Shown: positions 28,278-38,131 of the stretch, one piece after another | Layout: every line of letters begins with the position of its first letter | Position numbering within the stretch: the stretch's first letter is position 1 | Assembly: GCA_035431765.1 (NCBI GenBank) | Contig: DAOMJL010000002.1 | Span: 1 to 56,093 of the forward strand | DNA length: 56,093 bases | Direction: 5' to 3' | Origin: Spirochaetota bacterium | GTDB taxonomy: Bacteria > Spirochaetota > UBA4802 > JAGODF01 | Translations under genes and position numbers: made by a program | Notes under the pieces: generated by a model | What the model saw: the letters and a program-made list of their open reading frames with translations, nothing else | What the model was told of the DNA's origin: nothing | Databases searched by the model: none

Positions 28278-29198
28278 ATGATACTGCACACTCTTATTCT
28301 TATCGTTTCAATCTTCATGCTGTGGTTCGGAGCGAAATACCTTGTGGAATCTGCGGGGAGAATAGCGGAGAGCCTCGGGATATCTGAACTCGTTATAGGT
28401 CTTACGGTTGTCGCTTTCGGCACATCGGCGCCGGAGTTTGCCGTTACCGTGGGGGCGGCTCTCAAGGGGCAGGCTGATATCTCTGTGAGCAATATAGTGG
28501 GATCAAATATTTTCAATCTGGGCTTTATCCTGGGAACTGTTGCCATTGTGCGGTCAATTACCTCTTCCAGAAAACTTGTTTACCGTGACGGCGCATTCAT
28601 GATCGGCGTCACCTTCCTGCTGCTGTTTTTTTTCCGGGACCTTCATCTCAGCAGAATCGAAGGGATTATTCTGTGTGTGCTTCTTGTTTCCTATATGGTT
28701 TTTCTTTTTTATAAAAAGGAAGTTCTGGAGGAAGGGGAATTTTCAGGTGAGAAGGCCACATGGAAGGATTACATCCTATTACCCGCCAGCATTGCTGTGG
28801 TTGTGGCAGGAGGGCATTTTCTTGTTGAATCTGCCAGCGCAATCGCAACAATGATGGGTGTGTCTCCCTGGGTGATCGGAGTTACAATTGTAGCTGCCGG
28901 TACCTCTGCCCCGGAAATGGCAACATCACTCGCCGCGGCAATTAAAGGGAAGCACGGCATGTCGGCAGGTAATCTTATCGGCAGTGATATTTTTAATATT
29001 CTTGGAGTCCTGGGAATTGCGGGGATTCTGAATCCGATGTCGATACCGGCCCAGGGATACAGTTCACTTTTTATGCTTTCGGGAATGGTGATCCTGGTGA
29101 TGTTTTTTCTCCGCACGGGATGGCGGCTTTCGCGGACAGAGGGAATTATTCTGGTGACCATAGGGCTGGTGCGCTGGATTTTTGATTTTATGCAGTAA
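28278..29198 (+). CDS. Ca2+/Na+ antiporter (CaCA/YrbG family)
   Basis: There are two alpha-repeats, GTSAPEFAV and GTSAPEMAT, and about 10 TM helices. ATG 28278 was chosen; the track's TTG 28176 extension is non-hydrophobic and basic. Confidence 0.9.
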   Translation: MILHTLILIVSIFMLWFGAKYLVESAGRIAESLGISELVIGLTVVAFGTSAPEFAVTVGAALKGQADISVSNIVGSNIFNLGFILGTVAIVRSITSSRKLVYRDGAFMIGVTFLLLFFFRDLHLSRIEGIILCVLLVSYMVFLFYKKEVLEEGEFSGEKATWKDYILLPASIAVVVAGGHFLVESASAIATMMGVSPWVIGVTIVAAGTSAPEMATSLAAAIKGKHGMSAGNLIGSDIFNILGVLGIAGILNPMSIPAQGYSSLFMLSGMVILVMFFLRTGWRLSRTEGIILVTIGLVRWIFDFMQ

Positions 29199-29201
29199 AA
29201 A

Positions 29202-29588
29202 CTACCTGTCCTTTTTATTTTTCATGAGGGTGTTGATGGCATCAGCAAGGATGCCCATGTCAGGAAGAGGTTTCTGGAACACCTGCTTTTCTGTTATGCC
29301 GATATCAATAAGCGCCCGGGGAAGATTGTAGTTCGTTGAGCCGGTATGAATGAGGAACATCATTTCAGGCTGGATTTTGCACGATTGTAATATCAGCGTG
29401 TTCCCGTCAATCCCCGGAAGCCGCATATCAATTACCCCCACGTCGAATTTTTTTGTGGCAATTATGTCCAGGGCTTTTTCTCCGCTTTCTGCAGCGTCAA
29501 CGTCAAACCCTTCGTCTTCGAGGTATGCGGCAACATTAGCGCACACAATGTCCTCATCATCAACAATCAGAACACGGACAGGGGACAT
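29202..29588 (-). CDS. Stand-alone response-regulator receiver (CheY-like)
   Basis: Motifs are VLIVDDED, VIDMRLPGIDG and a HTGS/K region. AAGGAGG lies 8 nt upstream of ATG 29588 and covers the track's GTG start. Confidence 0.9.
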   Translation of the reverse strand: MSPVRVLIVDDEDIVCANVAAYLEDEGFDVDAAESGEKALDIIATKKFDVGVIDMRLPGIDGNTLILQSCKIQPEMMFLIHTGSTNYNLPRALIDIGITEKQVFQKPLPDMGILADAINTLMKNKKDR

Positions 29589-29642
29589 CGTAACCACCTC
29601 CTTGCAGCGGCATATTGTTTATACAGATATAGGGATTTGAAC

Positions 29643-30584
29643 TCATGCGCCAAACATGGAGAAGAGGTTGAGATCGTCAAATCGGCGTATCAACGCGGGG
29701 GGCTGGATATCTTTACAATCTGAAAAATATTTTTTTATGGTATTGACAATTGCGGAGAGTCCTTTGATGTCGGTAGAAACAGGAGTTACTGAAGCGCCTG
29801 CATGTGCGGCATCGATCTGCACCGCAAGGGAACTGTTGTGATCAAAGAGCAGTGTTTCCATCTCGCGGTGCAGCGTGTCCCGAATTCCTTCCGCTTTCCC
29901 CGCCATGTACATCAGGAGACCGATATATGCCTGCACGATGAGGCCCCGTTCTATCATCCCCTGAACTTTGAGATGCTTTCTGATTACCGATGGTTCCAGG
30001 GGGATAACCGAACTTTTCGGCAGCCGAACGTCTTGCAGGGTGAGGGACGCGTGGCTTGTCGTTGTAAGGGGCCCCATGGAGAGCTCCCGCATGGCTCCCC
30101 CGGGAAGCAGCTCAATGGGAATGTGGATGAGCAGAGAAATTTTCTCCTCCCCGGGTTTTCTCGCAGTGAGGAAAATGAAATCCGAATGGAGGCCACCGGT
30201 AATATATTTTTTGAAACCATTGATTACAACATGTTCACCGCGTTCAACCGCGGTAACAGGATTTCTGTTGTCTTCGGAGTGGGCAAGGGAACCGATGGTT
30301 TCCGGATTCACGCGCTGCGGCAATGAAAGGCCCCGGGAATGGAGTACCTGCACCAGGGAACGGATAAGCGCAGCCTGAACAATCCACAGTACTGCGAGTC
30401 CGAGATCTCCCGATTCCTGCGCCAGCTGAAATGACGGGAGCTTGTCAATGGTATAGATGGAGCTGAGGACAGGGGGAAAGGCTTCAGTTATTTTTCCCCA
30501 CGCGGGTACAAAGGCGCTCCGGTCAGCGGATCTCTGAAGATAGCTTTCATCGAGCGCCCTGTACATCTCACCGGGGAAATTCAT
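29643..30584 (-). CDS. Acyl-CoA dehydrogenase-like protein, short/divergent
   Basis: The middle beta-domain signature is VVINGFKKYITGG. At 313 aa it is shorter than canonical ACADs (about 380 aa), and I could not find the C-terminal catalytic-base region. Confidence 0.6.
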   Translation of the reverse strand: MNFPGEMYRALDESYLQRSADRSAFVPAWGKITEAFPPVLSSIYTIDKLPSFQLAQESGDLGLAVLWIVQAALIRSLVQVLHSRGLSLPQRVNPETIGSLAHSEDNRNPVTAVERGEHVVINGFKKYITGGLHSDFIFLTARKPGEEKISLLIHIPIELLPGGAMRELSMGPLTTTSHASLTLQDVRLPKSSVIPLEPSVIRKHLKVQGMIERGLIVQAYIGLLMYMAGKAEGIRDTLHREMETLLFDHNSSLAVQIDAAHAGASVTPVSTDIKGLSAIVNTIKKYFSDCKDIQPPALIRRFDDLNLFSMFGA

Positions 30585-30594
30585 AAATCCGGTA

Positions 30595-31806
30595 TTACTT
30601 CCGGTTCTGTTTCTTTCTGAGGAGTGCCTCGACTTTAAGAGGAAGGCCGAAAATATTCAGAAAACCAGTCGCGTCTTTCTGGTCGTATAGTTCACTGGCG
30701 TCAAATGTTGCGATGTCAGGTTCGTACAGGGTAACAGCCGATTTCCTGCCCACCACAATGCAGTTCCCTTTATACAGTTTCATCCGCACGGTGCCGGTCA
30801 CATTTTTCTGGGTTGAGCTGATAAGGGCGTCCAGGGCTTCGCGCTTCCGAGAGAACCAGAGGCCATTGTATACCAGGGTCGCGTATTCATTCGCGAGACG
30901 GTCCTTGAGGTGCTGCGTGTCCCTGTCCAGGGTGATCGATTCAAGGTCGCGGTGCGCGGTGATGAGTACCGTTCCCGCAGGTGTTTCGTATACCCCCCTG
31001 GATTTGATTCCCACAAGGCGGTTCTCAACGATGTCAATTCTTCCCACGCCATTTTCTCCGGCCATCCTGTTAAGCTTGATCATAAGATCAACAGGGCCGA
31101 GTTTTTCACCATTCAGTGCGACGGGCTCCCCTTCGCTGAAGTCGATATCAAGATAGACGGGTTTATCGGGAGCTTTCTCCGGAGATTTCGTGAGCAGGAA
31201 CATGTTTTCATCCGGTTCACGGTATGGGTCCTCCAGAATTCCTCCCTCGTAGGAGATGTGAAGGATATTCCTGTCCATGCTGTAGGGCTTGTCCTTGGTG
31301 ATAGGGAGGGGTATATTGCGTTTTTCCGCATAATCAAAAAGAAGGGACCGGGAATTGAGTTCCCATATCCGCCATGGTGCTACAATTTTCATTTCAGGGG
31401 CAAGTGCTTTGAATGCCATTTCAAAACGGACCTGATCATTGCCTTTTCCTGTGGCGCCGTGGCATACCGCATCAGCGCCCTCCTTCAGGGCTATCTCAAT
31501 CTGTTTTTTCGCGATGACCGGTCTCGCGAGGGATGTTCCCAGGAGGTATCTGTCTTCGTATATCGCGTTGGCTTTGATTGCAGGGAAAATATAGTCCCTG
31601 ACAAACTCCTCCCTGAGGTCTTCAATGTAGCACTTGCTTGCGCCCGTATTGATCGCTTTTTGTTCAAGACCGTCAAGCTCCTCCTCCTGTCCTACGTCAG
31701 CGGCAAAGCAGATTACTTCGCAGTTATAGGTCTCAAGAAGCCACTGTACAATGATGGATGTATCCAGCCCTCCGGAGTAGGCAAGAACAACTTTTTTTAT
31801 ATCCAT
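30595..31806 (-). CDS. argG: Argininosuccinate synthase
   Basis: The N-terminus is [17 protein letters not shown], with [13 protein letters not shown] and [17 protein letters not shown] 31806 was chosen and overlaps the argF stop by 10 nt. Confidence 0.96.
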   Translation of the reverse strand: MDIKKVVLAYSGGLDTSIIVQWLLETYNCEVICFAADVGQEEELDGLEQKAINTGASKCYIEDLREEFVRDYIFPAIKANAIYEDRYLLGTSLARPVIAKKQIEIALKEGADAVCHGATGKGNDQVRFEMAFKALAPEMKIVAPWRIWELNSRSLLFDYAEKRNIPLPITKDKPYSMDRNILHISYEGGILEDPYREPDENMFLLTKSPEKAPDKPVYLDIDFSEGEPVALNGEKLGPVDLMIKLNRMAGENGVGRIDIVENRLVGIKSRGVYETPAGTVLITAHRDLESITLDRDTQHLKDRLANEYATLVYNGLWFSRKREALDALISSTQKNVTGTVRMKLYKGNCIVVGRKSAVTLYEPDIATFDASELYDQKDATGFLNIFGLPLKVEALLRKKQNRK

Positions 31807-32765
31807 GAGAATACTCCTTTTCTGTTTTTCCCCATCAGGGCGCACATGAGCGCTTTCTGGAGGTGCAGTCTGTTTTCTGCCTGATCAAACACAATTGATT
31901 GAGGAGAATCCATCACATCATCAGTGATTTCCTCCCCGCGGTGAGCCGGGAGACAGTGCAGCACCCTGCAGCCGGGGGCGCATTTGTCCAGAAGTTTCCG
32001 GTTAATCTGATATTTTTTGAAATCTTTTTTTCTCTTCGCGGTGTCTTTCTCCATACCCATGCTGACCCATACGTCGGTGTAAAGATAGGTGGCGCTCTGT
32101 ACCGCCTCGTCAATGTCCGATGTGATCTGAACTTTCGCGCCGGTGGCGGCGGCAAGCTTTTGTGCCGCATCAACAACCTTCCGGTCGGGCATGTATTTCC
32201 CGGGACATGCGATTGAAATGTCAACGCCGAGAATGCCCGCGGTGAGAAGGAGAGAGCATGCGACATTGTTTCCATCCCCTACGTATGCGAGCCTGACATG
32301 AGAAAAATCTTTCTCCCGTTCATAAATGGTAAAAAAATCAGTAAGCGCCTGACACGGATGGAAGGAATCTGAAAGACCGTTTATAACAGGAATGGATGCA
32401 TTTTCCGCAAGGCCGATGATGGTGTCATGGGCGAATGTTCTCAGCATAATCCCGTCAACATAACGGGAAAGCACCTGCGCGGTATCTCCTATGGTCTCAC
32501 CCCTTCCCAGCTGGATGTCGTTTTTACTTAGGAAGAGGGCATGGCCGCCTAACTGCAGAATGCCTGTCTCGAAGGAGACACGTGTTCTGGTGGAACTCTT
32601 CTCGAAAACCATTCCGAGGGTTTTCCCCTTGAGAATGTGATGCTGACGCCCGGCTTTCGTCTGTGCTTTCAGCTTTTCCGTAAACGCGAAAAGCTCAAGT
32701 ATTTCTTCCCGGGAGCAGTCAGTGACTGTTAAAAGGTCTTTTGTTCGCAGCGACGGGATCTTCAC
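31797..32765 (-). CDS. argF: Ornithine carbamoyltransferase
   Basis: Motifs are [17 protein letters not shown] and [10 protein letters not shown]. The start overlaps the argD stop by 4 nt. Confidence 0.96.
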   Translation of the reverse strand: MKIPSLRTKDLLTVTDCSREEILELFAFTEKLKAQTKAGRQHHILKGKTLGMVFEKSSTRTRVSFETGILQLGGHALFLSKNDIQLGRGETIGDTAQVLSRYVDGIMLRTFAHDTIIGLAENASIPVINGLSDSFHPCQALTDFFTIYEREKDFSHVRLAYVGDGNNVACSLLLTAGILGVDISIACPGKYMPDRKVVDAAQKLAAATGAKVQITSDIDEAVQSATYLYTDVWVSMGMEKDTAKRKKDFKKYQINRKLLDKCAPGCRVLHCLPAHRGEEITDDVMDSPQSIVFDQAENRLHLQKALMCALMGKNRKGVFSWI

Positions 32766-33979
32766 GACTTGTTACCTTCCTCTTTTATTAGTCTGTCGAA
32801 TATCGCAAGCCCTTCCTTGATTGTGCCGGGCGAAATCGTAAGTGCCGGCATTATCCGTATAACCTTTTCCGACGTGCAGTTGATCACGAGGCCGTACTCG
32901 AGGGCTTTTTTTACCATATCCATGCCCGGCCTGTTAAGCTCGACACCAATGTGCAGCCCCATTCCCCGGACTTCGGTGATGCAGCTGCCTTTTGCTTTGA
33001 GCTTCGTGATATGGTTTCGTATGTAATCCCCGTTTTTTCGCACTTTCTCCATAAAGGTTTTCTTTTTCAGTTCCTTTAATACTGCCGCAGCGGCAGCGCA
33101 TGCGAAATGGTTCCCGCCGAAGGTGGTGCCATGGCTTCCCGGTTCCAGTAATGGAGCGACAGCATCCTTCGCGTGGAGGGCTCCGATGGGGAAGCCCCCT
33201 GCAAGGCCCTTGGCGAAAGTGATAATGTCCGGAGAAATGCCGAAATGCTGATACGAGCAAAACTGGCCGGTTCTCCCCGCGCCGGTCTGGACCTCGTCAA
33301 TGATGAGAAGAACTTTGTGCTTTTTGCAGAGTTTTTCAAGCTGGGTTATGAACTGGCTGTCCGCAATTTTAATGCCGCCTTCTCCCTGAATGAGCTCCGT
33401 CATAACGGCGCAGATTTTATTATTTGATTCCAGTTCTTTTTTCAGTGCTCCTATGTCGTTAAACGGCAGAAACCTGAAACCGGGAACAAGGGGATCAAAT
33501 CCCTTTCGTATTTTTTCCTGGGCCGTGGCGGACATCGCACCGAACGTCCTTCCGTGAAATGAGCCGGAAAAAGAAATTATTTCATATTTCTCCGGAGCAA
33601 TAGATTTGCCGTAACGGCGTGCCGCCTTGATCGCAGCTTCGTTTGCCTCGGTACCGCTGTTTACGAAGAGCGTTTTTCCGGGGAAGGTCAGTTCGGAAAT
33701 GAGTTTTGCCGCTTCAATCTGTTCACGGTTGAAAAACCAGTTTGATGAATGAAGAATTTTATCAACCTGTGTGTGGAGCGCTCTGCTCAGTGCGGCATTG
33801 TTGCTGCCGAGAGAGGTAACCGCTATGCCGGAAAAAAAATCGATATAGCGCTTGTTGTCCTGATCGAAAAGATATGAGCCGTCTCCTTTCACGAAGCACA
33901 CCGGGAGCCTGTTGCCGTAATTCTGGAAGAGGTATAGCTTGTCTTCTTTCTGGATTTTTTCGAGTTTTGATGATTTCAT
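32762..33979 (-). CDS. argD: Acetylornithine aminotransferase
   Basis: This is a class III aminotransferase with SGTEANEAA and IIDEVQTGAGRTG. The PLP-Lys region is TFAKGLAGGFP. Confidence 0.93.
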   Translation of the reverse strand: MKSSKLEKIQKEDKLYLFQNYGNRLPVCFVKGDGSYLFDQDNKRYIDFFSGIAVTSLGSNNAALSRALHTQVDKILHSSNWFFNREQIEAAKLISELTFPGKTLFVNSGTEANEAAIKAARRYGKSIAPEKYEIISFSGSFHGRTFGAMSATAQEKIRKGFDPLVPGFRFLPFNDIGALKKELESNNKICAVMTELIQGEGGIKIADSQFITQLEKLCKKHKVLLIIDEVQTGAGRTGQFCSYQHFGISPDIITFAKGLAGGFPIGALHAKDAVAPLLEPGSHGTTFGGNHFACAAAAAVLKELKKKTFMEKVRKNGDYIRNHITKLKAKGSCITEVRGMGLHIGVELNRPGMDMVKKALEYGLVINCTSEKVIRIMPALTISPGTIKEGLAIFDRLIKEEGNKS

Positions 33980-33991
33980 ATAATGTATCCC

Positions 33992-34022
33992 AAAAAAAAT
34001 TAAATCGGGGGTTTCCCGATTT
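33992..34022 (-). terminator. Intrinsic-terminator-like hairpin plus U8 tract 12 nt upstream of the argD start codon
   Basis: Minus-strand RNA reads AAAUCGGG-AAACC-CCCGAUUU (8-bp stem), then AA and UUUUUUUU (plus-strand A-run 33992-33999). Confidence 0.5.
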
Positions 34023-34139
34023 TTATGCTAGAATCCGGGGATTCCGGCGAATGTCAAGAAAATATTGAATATTTAACACGCAAATTAAATATGACACAGC
34101 TTCGTTCGTATCGAGGGGACGTTCTTCACTGCTCTGGGA

Positions 34140-35231
34140 TTAGAGGCAGAATCCAAGACCAAAGAACAATATGCTCAGGTTCATTGGAGTGTCAGTATAA
34201 AAAATCCGCCTGTAGGCATACCCTGCGTTAATTACCACGGGGTTGAACCGGAAGTCCGCATAAATGGAAAGAAGCGTTGTGGGATCGTATGTTACTTCTT
34301 CCGTGAGGTTCGGAGTAAAGGGGTCCCCGCCTTCAATGAGGGGATCGGTAACAATGATCTTTGTCCGTGTCATTCCTCCCCCCGCTGAAAAGGCGATCCT
34401 GAAACCTTCAGCGAGTGGGTAGTAAAAAATATAGCTGAGCGTAACGCTCCGCGCTGAAAGATACGATGAGCGGTTTTCCGGATATGTTGAGAAAAAATCA
34501 TACTGCATCGAAAGGCCGGAGTTGCCCCAAAGGGGTGAGCTTTCAAGGGACGCGATGTTTGCGAAATCATAGGAGATGTAGAATCCAAGGTAGTCCGGAT
34601 CATCGTATATATCTCCCCATTCCCCATGAATTTTCTGCTCGCCGAATTTGAATCCGAAAGTCAGACCACGCATGGAGTTGTAGAGAGCGGCGAAAGGCGA
34701 GGCAGAATATCGCTCGCGATGCTCTTCCTGGAATCTGTTCAGCTCGCTGTTGATTTTACCGGTAATTTTATCAATGATGAGGAACAGAAGCGCTCCGAGA
34801 TCATTGCTGGATTCGTCAATCTGAACAATCTTCTGTTCTTTCACGTCAAAAATCTGGCTTTTGATATGGATTCTTCGGTTGTCCACGCTGTAGGTACCGG
34901 ATACCACAAAGTCAGCCGAGAGCTCTTTCCCTTTCTGCGAGAGATACAGAATATGACTTCGCTTCTCTTCTGCTGATCCGGTTTTGGTGTCAACAAAGTC
35001 TATTGTTACTGGATATGTCCGGATTGAAACATCCTTCTTCTTCCTGAGTTCAACTGCTATTGAGTCCGGAATAATGTATGAATAATAGCTGTAGCTGGTT
35101 GTTGCGCTTTTGTCCTTGAAGTTGTATACAACGACTTTATCGTTCCAGAATTGAGCGTATGCCGCTGTGGTGAAAAAGAACACCAGCAGAAGCATTGATA
35201 AAAATATTCTTGTATGTGTTATGTATTTCAT
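34140..35231 (-). CDS. Hypothetical outer-membrane protein (periplasmic N-domain plus beta-barrel-like C-domain)
   Basis: The signal peptide is ...FFFTTAAYA|Q. The C-terminal half has alternating aromatic/hydrophobic strands. Confidence 0.65.
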   Translation of the reverse strand: MKYITHTRIFLSMLLLVFFFTTAAYAQFWNDKVVVYNFKDKSATTSYSYYSYIIPDSIAVELRKKKDVSIRTYPVTIDFVDTKTGSAEEKRSHILYLSQKGKELSADFVVSGTYSVDNRRIHIKSQIFDVKEQKIVQIDESSNDLGALLFLIIDKITGKINSELNRFQEEHRERYSASPFAALYNSMRGLTFGFKFGEQKIHGEWGDIYDDPDYLGFYISYDFANIASLESSPLWGNSGLSMQYDFFSTYPENRSSYLSARSVTLSYIFYYPLAEGFRIAFSAGGGMTRTKIIVTDPLIEGGDPFTPNLTEEVTYDPTTLLSIYADFRFNPVVINAGYAYRRIFYTDTPMNLSILFFGLGFCL

Positions 35232-35550
35232 TTTTCAGCAGCAGTATTGCGTATAGTAAATTTTTCTCAGCTTCAGGGACAGCACCTTCATCTCATCTGG
35301 TAAAGCGGCGCCTTTCTGCAGCTGAAATACCGAGTCCTGCTCTTGCCGGACACTATATTGTGACAGCAATAAAATTACTATTACTGAATCACATTAATAA
35401 ATATCGTCAAGAATGTTTTTATTTACAATACATTAAATCGCAATAATCGTATGTATTTTTTTATTGTAAAGATTGTACATTTGCACTTTATATGCCGGAA
35501 AATTCCGCACCTGTCACCGGGATACTTTTTGCCGTAAGGCAGGAGCCGTA

Positions 35551-36741
35551 TCATGTCGAGTATTCCGCGTTTATCTTCACGTAGTCGTATGAAAGGTCTG
35601 AGGTCATATACGTGGCGGTACCGTTTCCAATACCCAGGTCAACATGTATCGTATATGATCGTCTTCCGAGAATTTCCATCAGGTGCTCCAGGTTTTTTTC
35701 TGTCGGGGCGCCTTTTGTAAACAGCACGGCATCTTCAATGCGTATGGTCAGTTTTTCCTCGGTGATATCGGCGCCTGAATACCCTGCGGCGCATGCTATC
35801 CTCCCCCAGTTCGGGTCCTTTCCGAACATCGCTGTTTTTACCAGCATTGATTCCGCAATGGCCCTCGCCGCGAGTCTGGCATCCTCTTCGCTGGCGGCGC
35901 CGGTAACGGTTATCCGTGCGAGCTTTGTGGCCCCTTCCGCGTCGGTCACGATCAGCTCCGCGAGTTTTTCTGTGACATAACGCAGCGCCGCCTCAAACTC
36001 CTCAAGGTCCCCTTCTTCAGAAAGCGGGGAGTCAGATATCGGCGATAAAAGAAATGCGGAGTCATTGGTGGACATGTCGCCGTCAATCGTGATTGCGTTG
36101 AGGCTTTTGTCAATGCAGCGCATGAAGACAGCGTCAAGGTCCCGCTTCGCAACGGGGGCATCGGTGATCATGAAGGCGAGAAGCGTCGCCATGTTGGGGG
36201 CGATCATCCCTGCGCCCTTCGCGGTCCCCGCAATGTGGAATTCTCCCCGGGACGTGGTGAATGACGCTGCGCATTCCTTGGGAATGGTGTCGGTGGTCAT
36301 TATTGCCAGCGGAATAAGCCCCGCGTTGTCCGCTGAGAGGGCGCCGGTAAGTTGGGGAATTGCGGAACGCATTTTATCTGCGGGAAGCTGAACGCCGATA
36401 ATGCCGGTTGAAGCCATAAGGATGCTTTCCGGTTCGGATCCGAGTTCCCCCGCGACAGCCGCAGTGAGGTCCCGCGCGTTGCGGAGCCCCTCGTCACCGG
36501 TGCAGGCGTTGGCGTTTGTCGCGTTAATCAGTATACCCTTGACCGGTCCCCCGATCCGTTCCCGGCAGAGCGCAACGGGGGCCGCGAATATTTTATTGGT
36601 GGTAAACACTCCCGCGCAGTGGCAGCGTGTATCTGAAGCGATCAGTGAAAAATCGAGTCTGTCCTTATAGCGGATTTCCGCCTTTATTGATGAAAAACTA
36701 TAGCCTGGAACTGTTCCCAGGCCGCCCTCGCAAGGCTTCAT
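35551..36741 (-). CDS. argJ: Bifunctional glutamate N-acetyltransferase / amino-acid acetyltransferase
   Basis: The autoprocessing region is GAGMIAPNMATLLAFMITDA, with DGDMSTNDS and KDPNWGRI. SD GGGAGGA lies 6 nt upstream. Confidence 0.95.
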   Translation of the reverse strand: MKPCEGGLGTVPGYSFSSIKAEIRYKDRLDFSLIASDTRCHCAGVFTTNKIFAAPVALCRERIGGPVKGILINATNANACTGDEGLRNARDLTAAVAGELGSEPESILMASTGIIGVQLPADKMRSAIPQLTGALSADNAGLIPLAIMTTDTIPKECAASFTTSRGEFHIAGTAKGAGMIAPNMATLLAFMITDAPVAKRDLDAVFMRCIDKSLNAITIDGDMSTNDSAFLLSPISDSPLSEEGDLEEFEAALRYVTEKLAELIVTDAEGATKLARITVTGAASEEDARLAARAIAESMLVKTAMFGKDPNWGRIACAAGYSGADITEEKLTIRIEDAVLFTKGAPTEKNLEHLMEILGRRSYTIHVDLGIGNGTATYMTSDLSYDYVKINAEYST

Positions 36742-36808
36742 GGCACGTCCTCCCGCAAAAAATAATAATCATCAGGAAGGAATAATATTTTTTTTGCAAG
36801 TTATTTTG

Positions 36809-37744
36809 TCACAGGGGACTGTTTTCCGGAGATTTCTTTGAAAGAACGCCCTGCATCATGTCAATGGTAATACCGATGGCAAGGAAGAGAAATGTCCCCA
36901 GCAGGATTATTCCCTGCACAACGGGAATGTCGCGTTTATGGAGGGAGATAATCAGAAGCCTGCCGATTCCGGGCCATGAAAAGATTGTTTCAGTGACAAC
37001 CGCACCTCCCAGATACGCCCCGAAATCAAGAAGGATAATGGTGAGCACCGGGGCGATGATGTTTTTCAGCGCAAAGACGCAGATTATTTTCGCTTCGTGA
37101 AATCCCAGGGAGCGCGCCGCTTTTATGTAGTTGGTGTTCATGACTTCCAGAAGTTCATTCCGCACTATCCTGACAATAAGTGCGACTGACCGCGACCCGA
37201 GGGCCAGGGCAGGGAGAATGATGTACAGGGGGTTGAGTCCCTGTTTCCCCGAAGGAGGGAGAATATTCAGATAATAGGAGAACACCAGGGAAAGCACGAA
37301 ACATGTCACGAATATGGGGGTCGATATAAAAACAGAGGAACTCCAGAGAATAAGGTAATCTGCGGCCCTGCCTTTCTGTACCGCCGATATAATCCCGAGC
37401 GCGATACCTGCAATGCCGGCGATGATCATGGCGATGACAGCCAGGGCGAGGGTTGCCGGGAACCTTTCGCAGAGGATTGTCGTAACGGGTGCCCCGGTAT
37501 ATACCGATCTCCCCATATCGAGGACGCTGAGGCGCTTCAGGTACTGAATGTAGCGCATAAAAAACGGGTCATCGAGGGCAAGTTCGTTTCTGATGGCCGC
37601 GATATCCTCCGGATTTGCGTAATCTCCCGCAATCATAATAGCGGGATCTCCCGGTATCAGGTAAATCAGGGTATGGACGACAAGAACCGCCCCCAGCATG
37701 ATGCCCAGGGTGAGTAAGATTTTTCTAAGGAGTACCGTGAGCAT
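36809..37744 (-). CDS. ABC transporter permease, peptide/nickel (DppB/OppB-like) family
   Basis: The N-terminus ...LIYLIPGDPA is typical of the family. The EAA loop is YIKAARSLGFHEAKIICVFALKN, and there are 6 TM helices. Confidence 0.88.
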   Translation of the reverse strand: MLTVLLRKILLTLGIMLGAVLVVHTLIYLIPGDPAIMIAGDYANPEDIAAIRNELALDDPFFMRYIQYLKRLSVLDMGRSVYTGAPVTTILCERFPATLALAVIAMIIAGIAGIALGIISAVQKGRAADYLILWSSSVFISTPIFVTCFVLSLVFSYYLNILPPSGKQGLNPLYIILPALALGSRSVALIVRIVRNELLEVMNTNYIKAARSLGFHEAKIICVFALKNIIAPVLTIILLDFGAYLGGAVVTETIFSWPGIGRLLIISLHKRDIPVVQGIILLGTFLFLAIGITIDMMQGVLSKKSPENSPL

Positions 37745-37798
37745 TATTCTCTGTCCCTATGGTCTCATGAATTGATGCAGCAGTGCAGAACCCGGATA

Positions 37799-37827
37799 AT
37801 AGTACGCAACAGGGGCACAGACGTCAA
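37799..37827 (-). promoter_or_regulatory. Candidate promoter TTGACG-17-TACTAT for the permease(-argJ) transcript
   Basis: The hexamers were read on the minus strand (plus cgtcaa 37822-37827, atagta 37799-37804). Confidence 0.4.
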
Positions 37828-37832
37828 CCACA

Positions 37833-37874
37833 TTGACCGGTGAAAAAATAATTCATAATTTTCATTAATGAAAA
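37833..37874 (+). promoter_or_regulatory. Candidate promoter TTGACC-17-TAATTT overlapped by a perfect 16-bp palindrome (operator-like)
   Basis: The -35 is at 37833-37838 and the -10 at 37856-37861. The palindrome TTTTCATTAATGAAAA at 37859-37874 equals its own reverse complement. Confidence 0.45.
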
Positions 37875-37927
37875 GGCACCGCGTGACCGAAAATAATTTA
37901 TAACTCAATCTTTCAAGGGGTTTTGTC

Positions 37928-38059
37928 ATGAAATGTGCACGATGCGGAGCTGAAATAAATAAATTAAACCATTATTATGTTCCCGGGAAAGACAGCAAGG
38001 AGGGGGTACGTTTGTGCATCTCCTGCGCCCGTGAAGAAAAGATCGTTACCCTGATATAG
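37928..38059 (+). CDS. 43-aa four-cysteine zinc-ribbon mini-protein (not in ORF track)
   Basis: Manual translation gives MKCARCGAEINKLNHYYVPGKDSKEGVRLCISCAREEKIVTLI*. It has CxxC...CxxC, AAGGGG about 8 nt upstream of the ATG, its own promoter-like site, and a downstream terminator. Confidence 0.6.
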   Translation: MKCARCGAEINKLNHYYVPGKDSKEGVRLCISCAREEKIVTLI

Positions 38060-38131
38060 TATGCGTCCGCCGGGAAAGGGCGGGTCATGTCGCAATAATT
38101 GTGGTGTACCAGGCTATTGCACACCTGGAAT

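Noticed and set aside
30910-31884. 324-aa plus-strand ORF
   Set aside because: It lies entirely antisense to argG/argF, whose products carry unmistakable conserved motifs. Its translation is low-complexity with no recognisable domain, so it is a typical shadow ORF.
34063-34078. ARG-box-like sequence TATTGAATATTTAACA upstream of argD
   Set aside because: Only one half-site resembles TGAAT/ATTCA, and there is no tandem second box. In AT-rich DNA this is likely chance.
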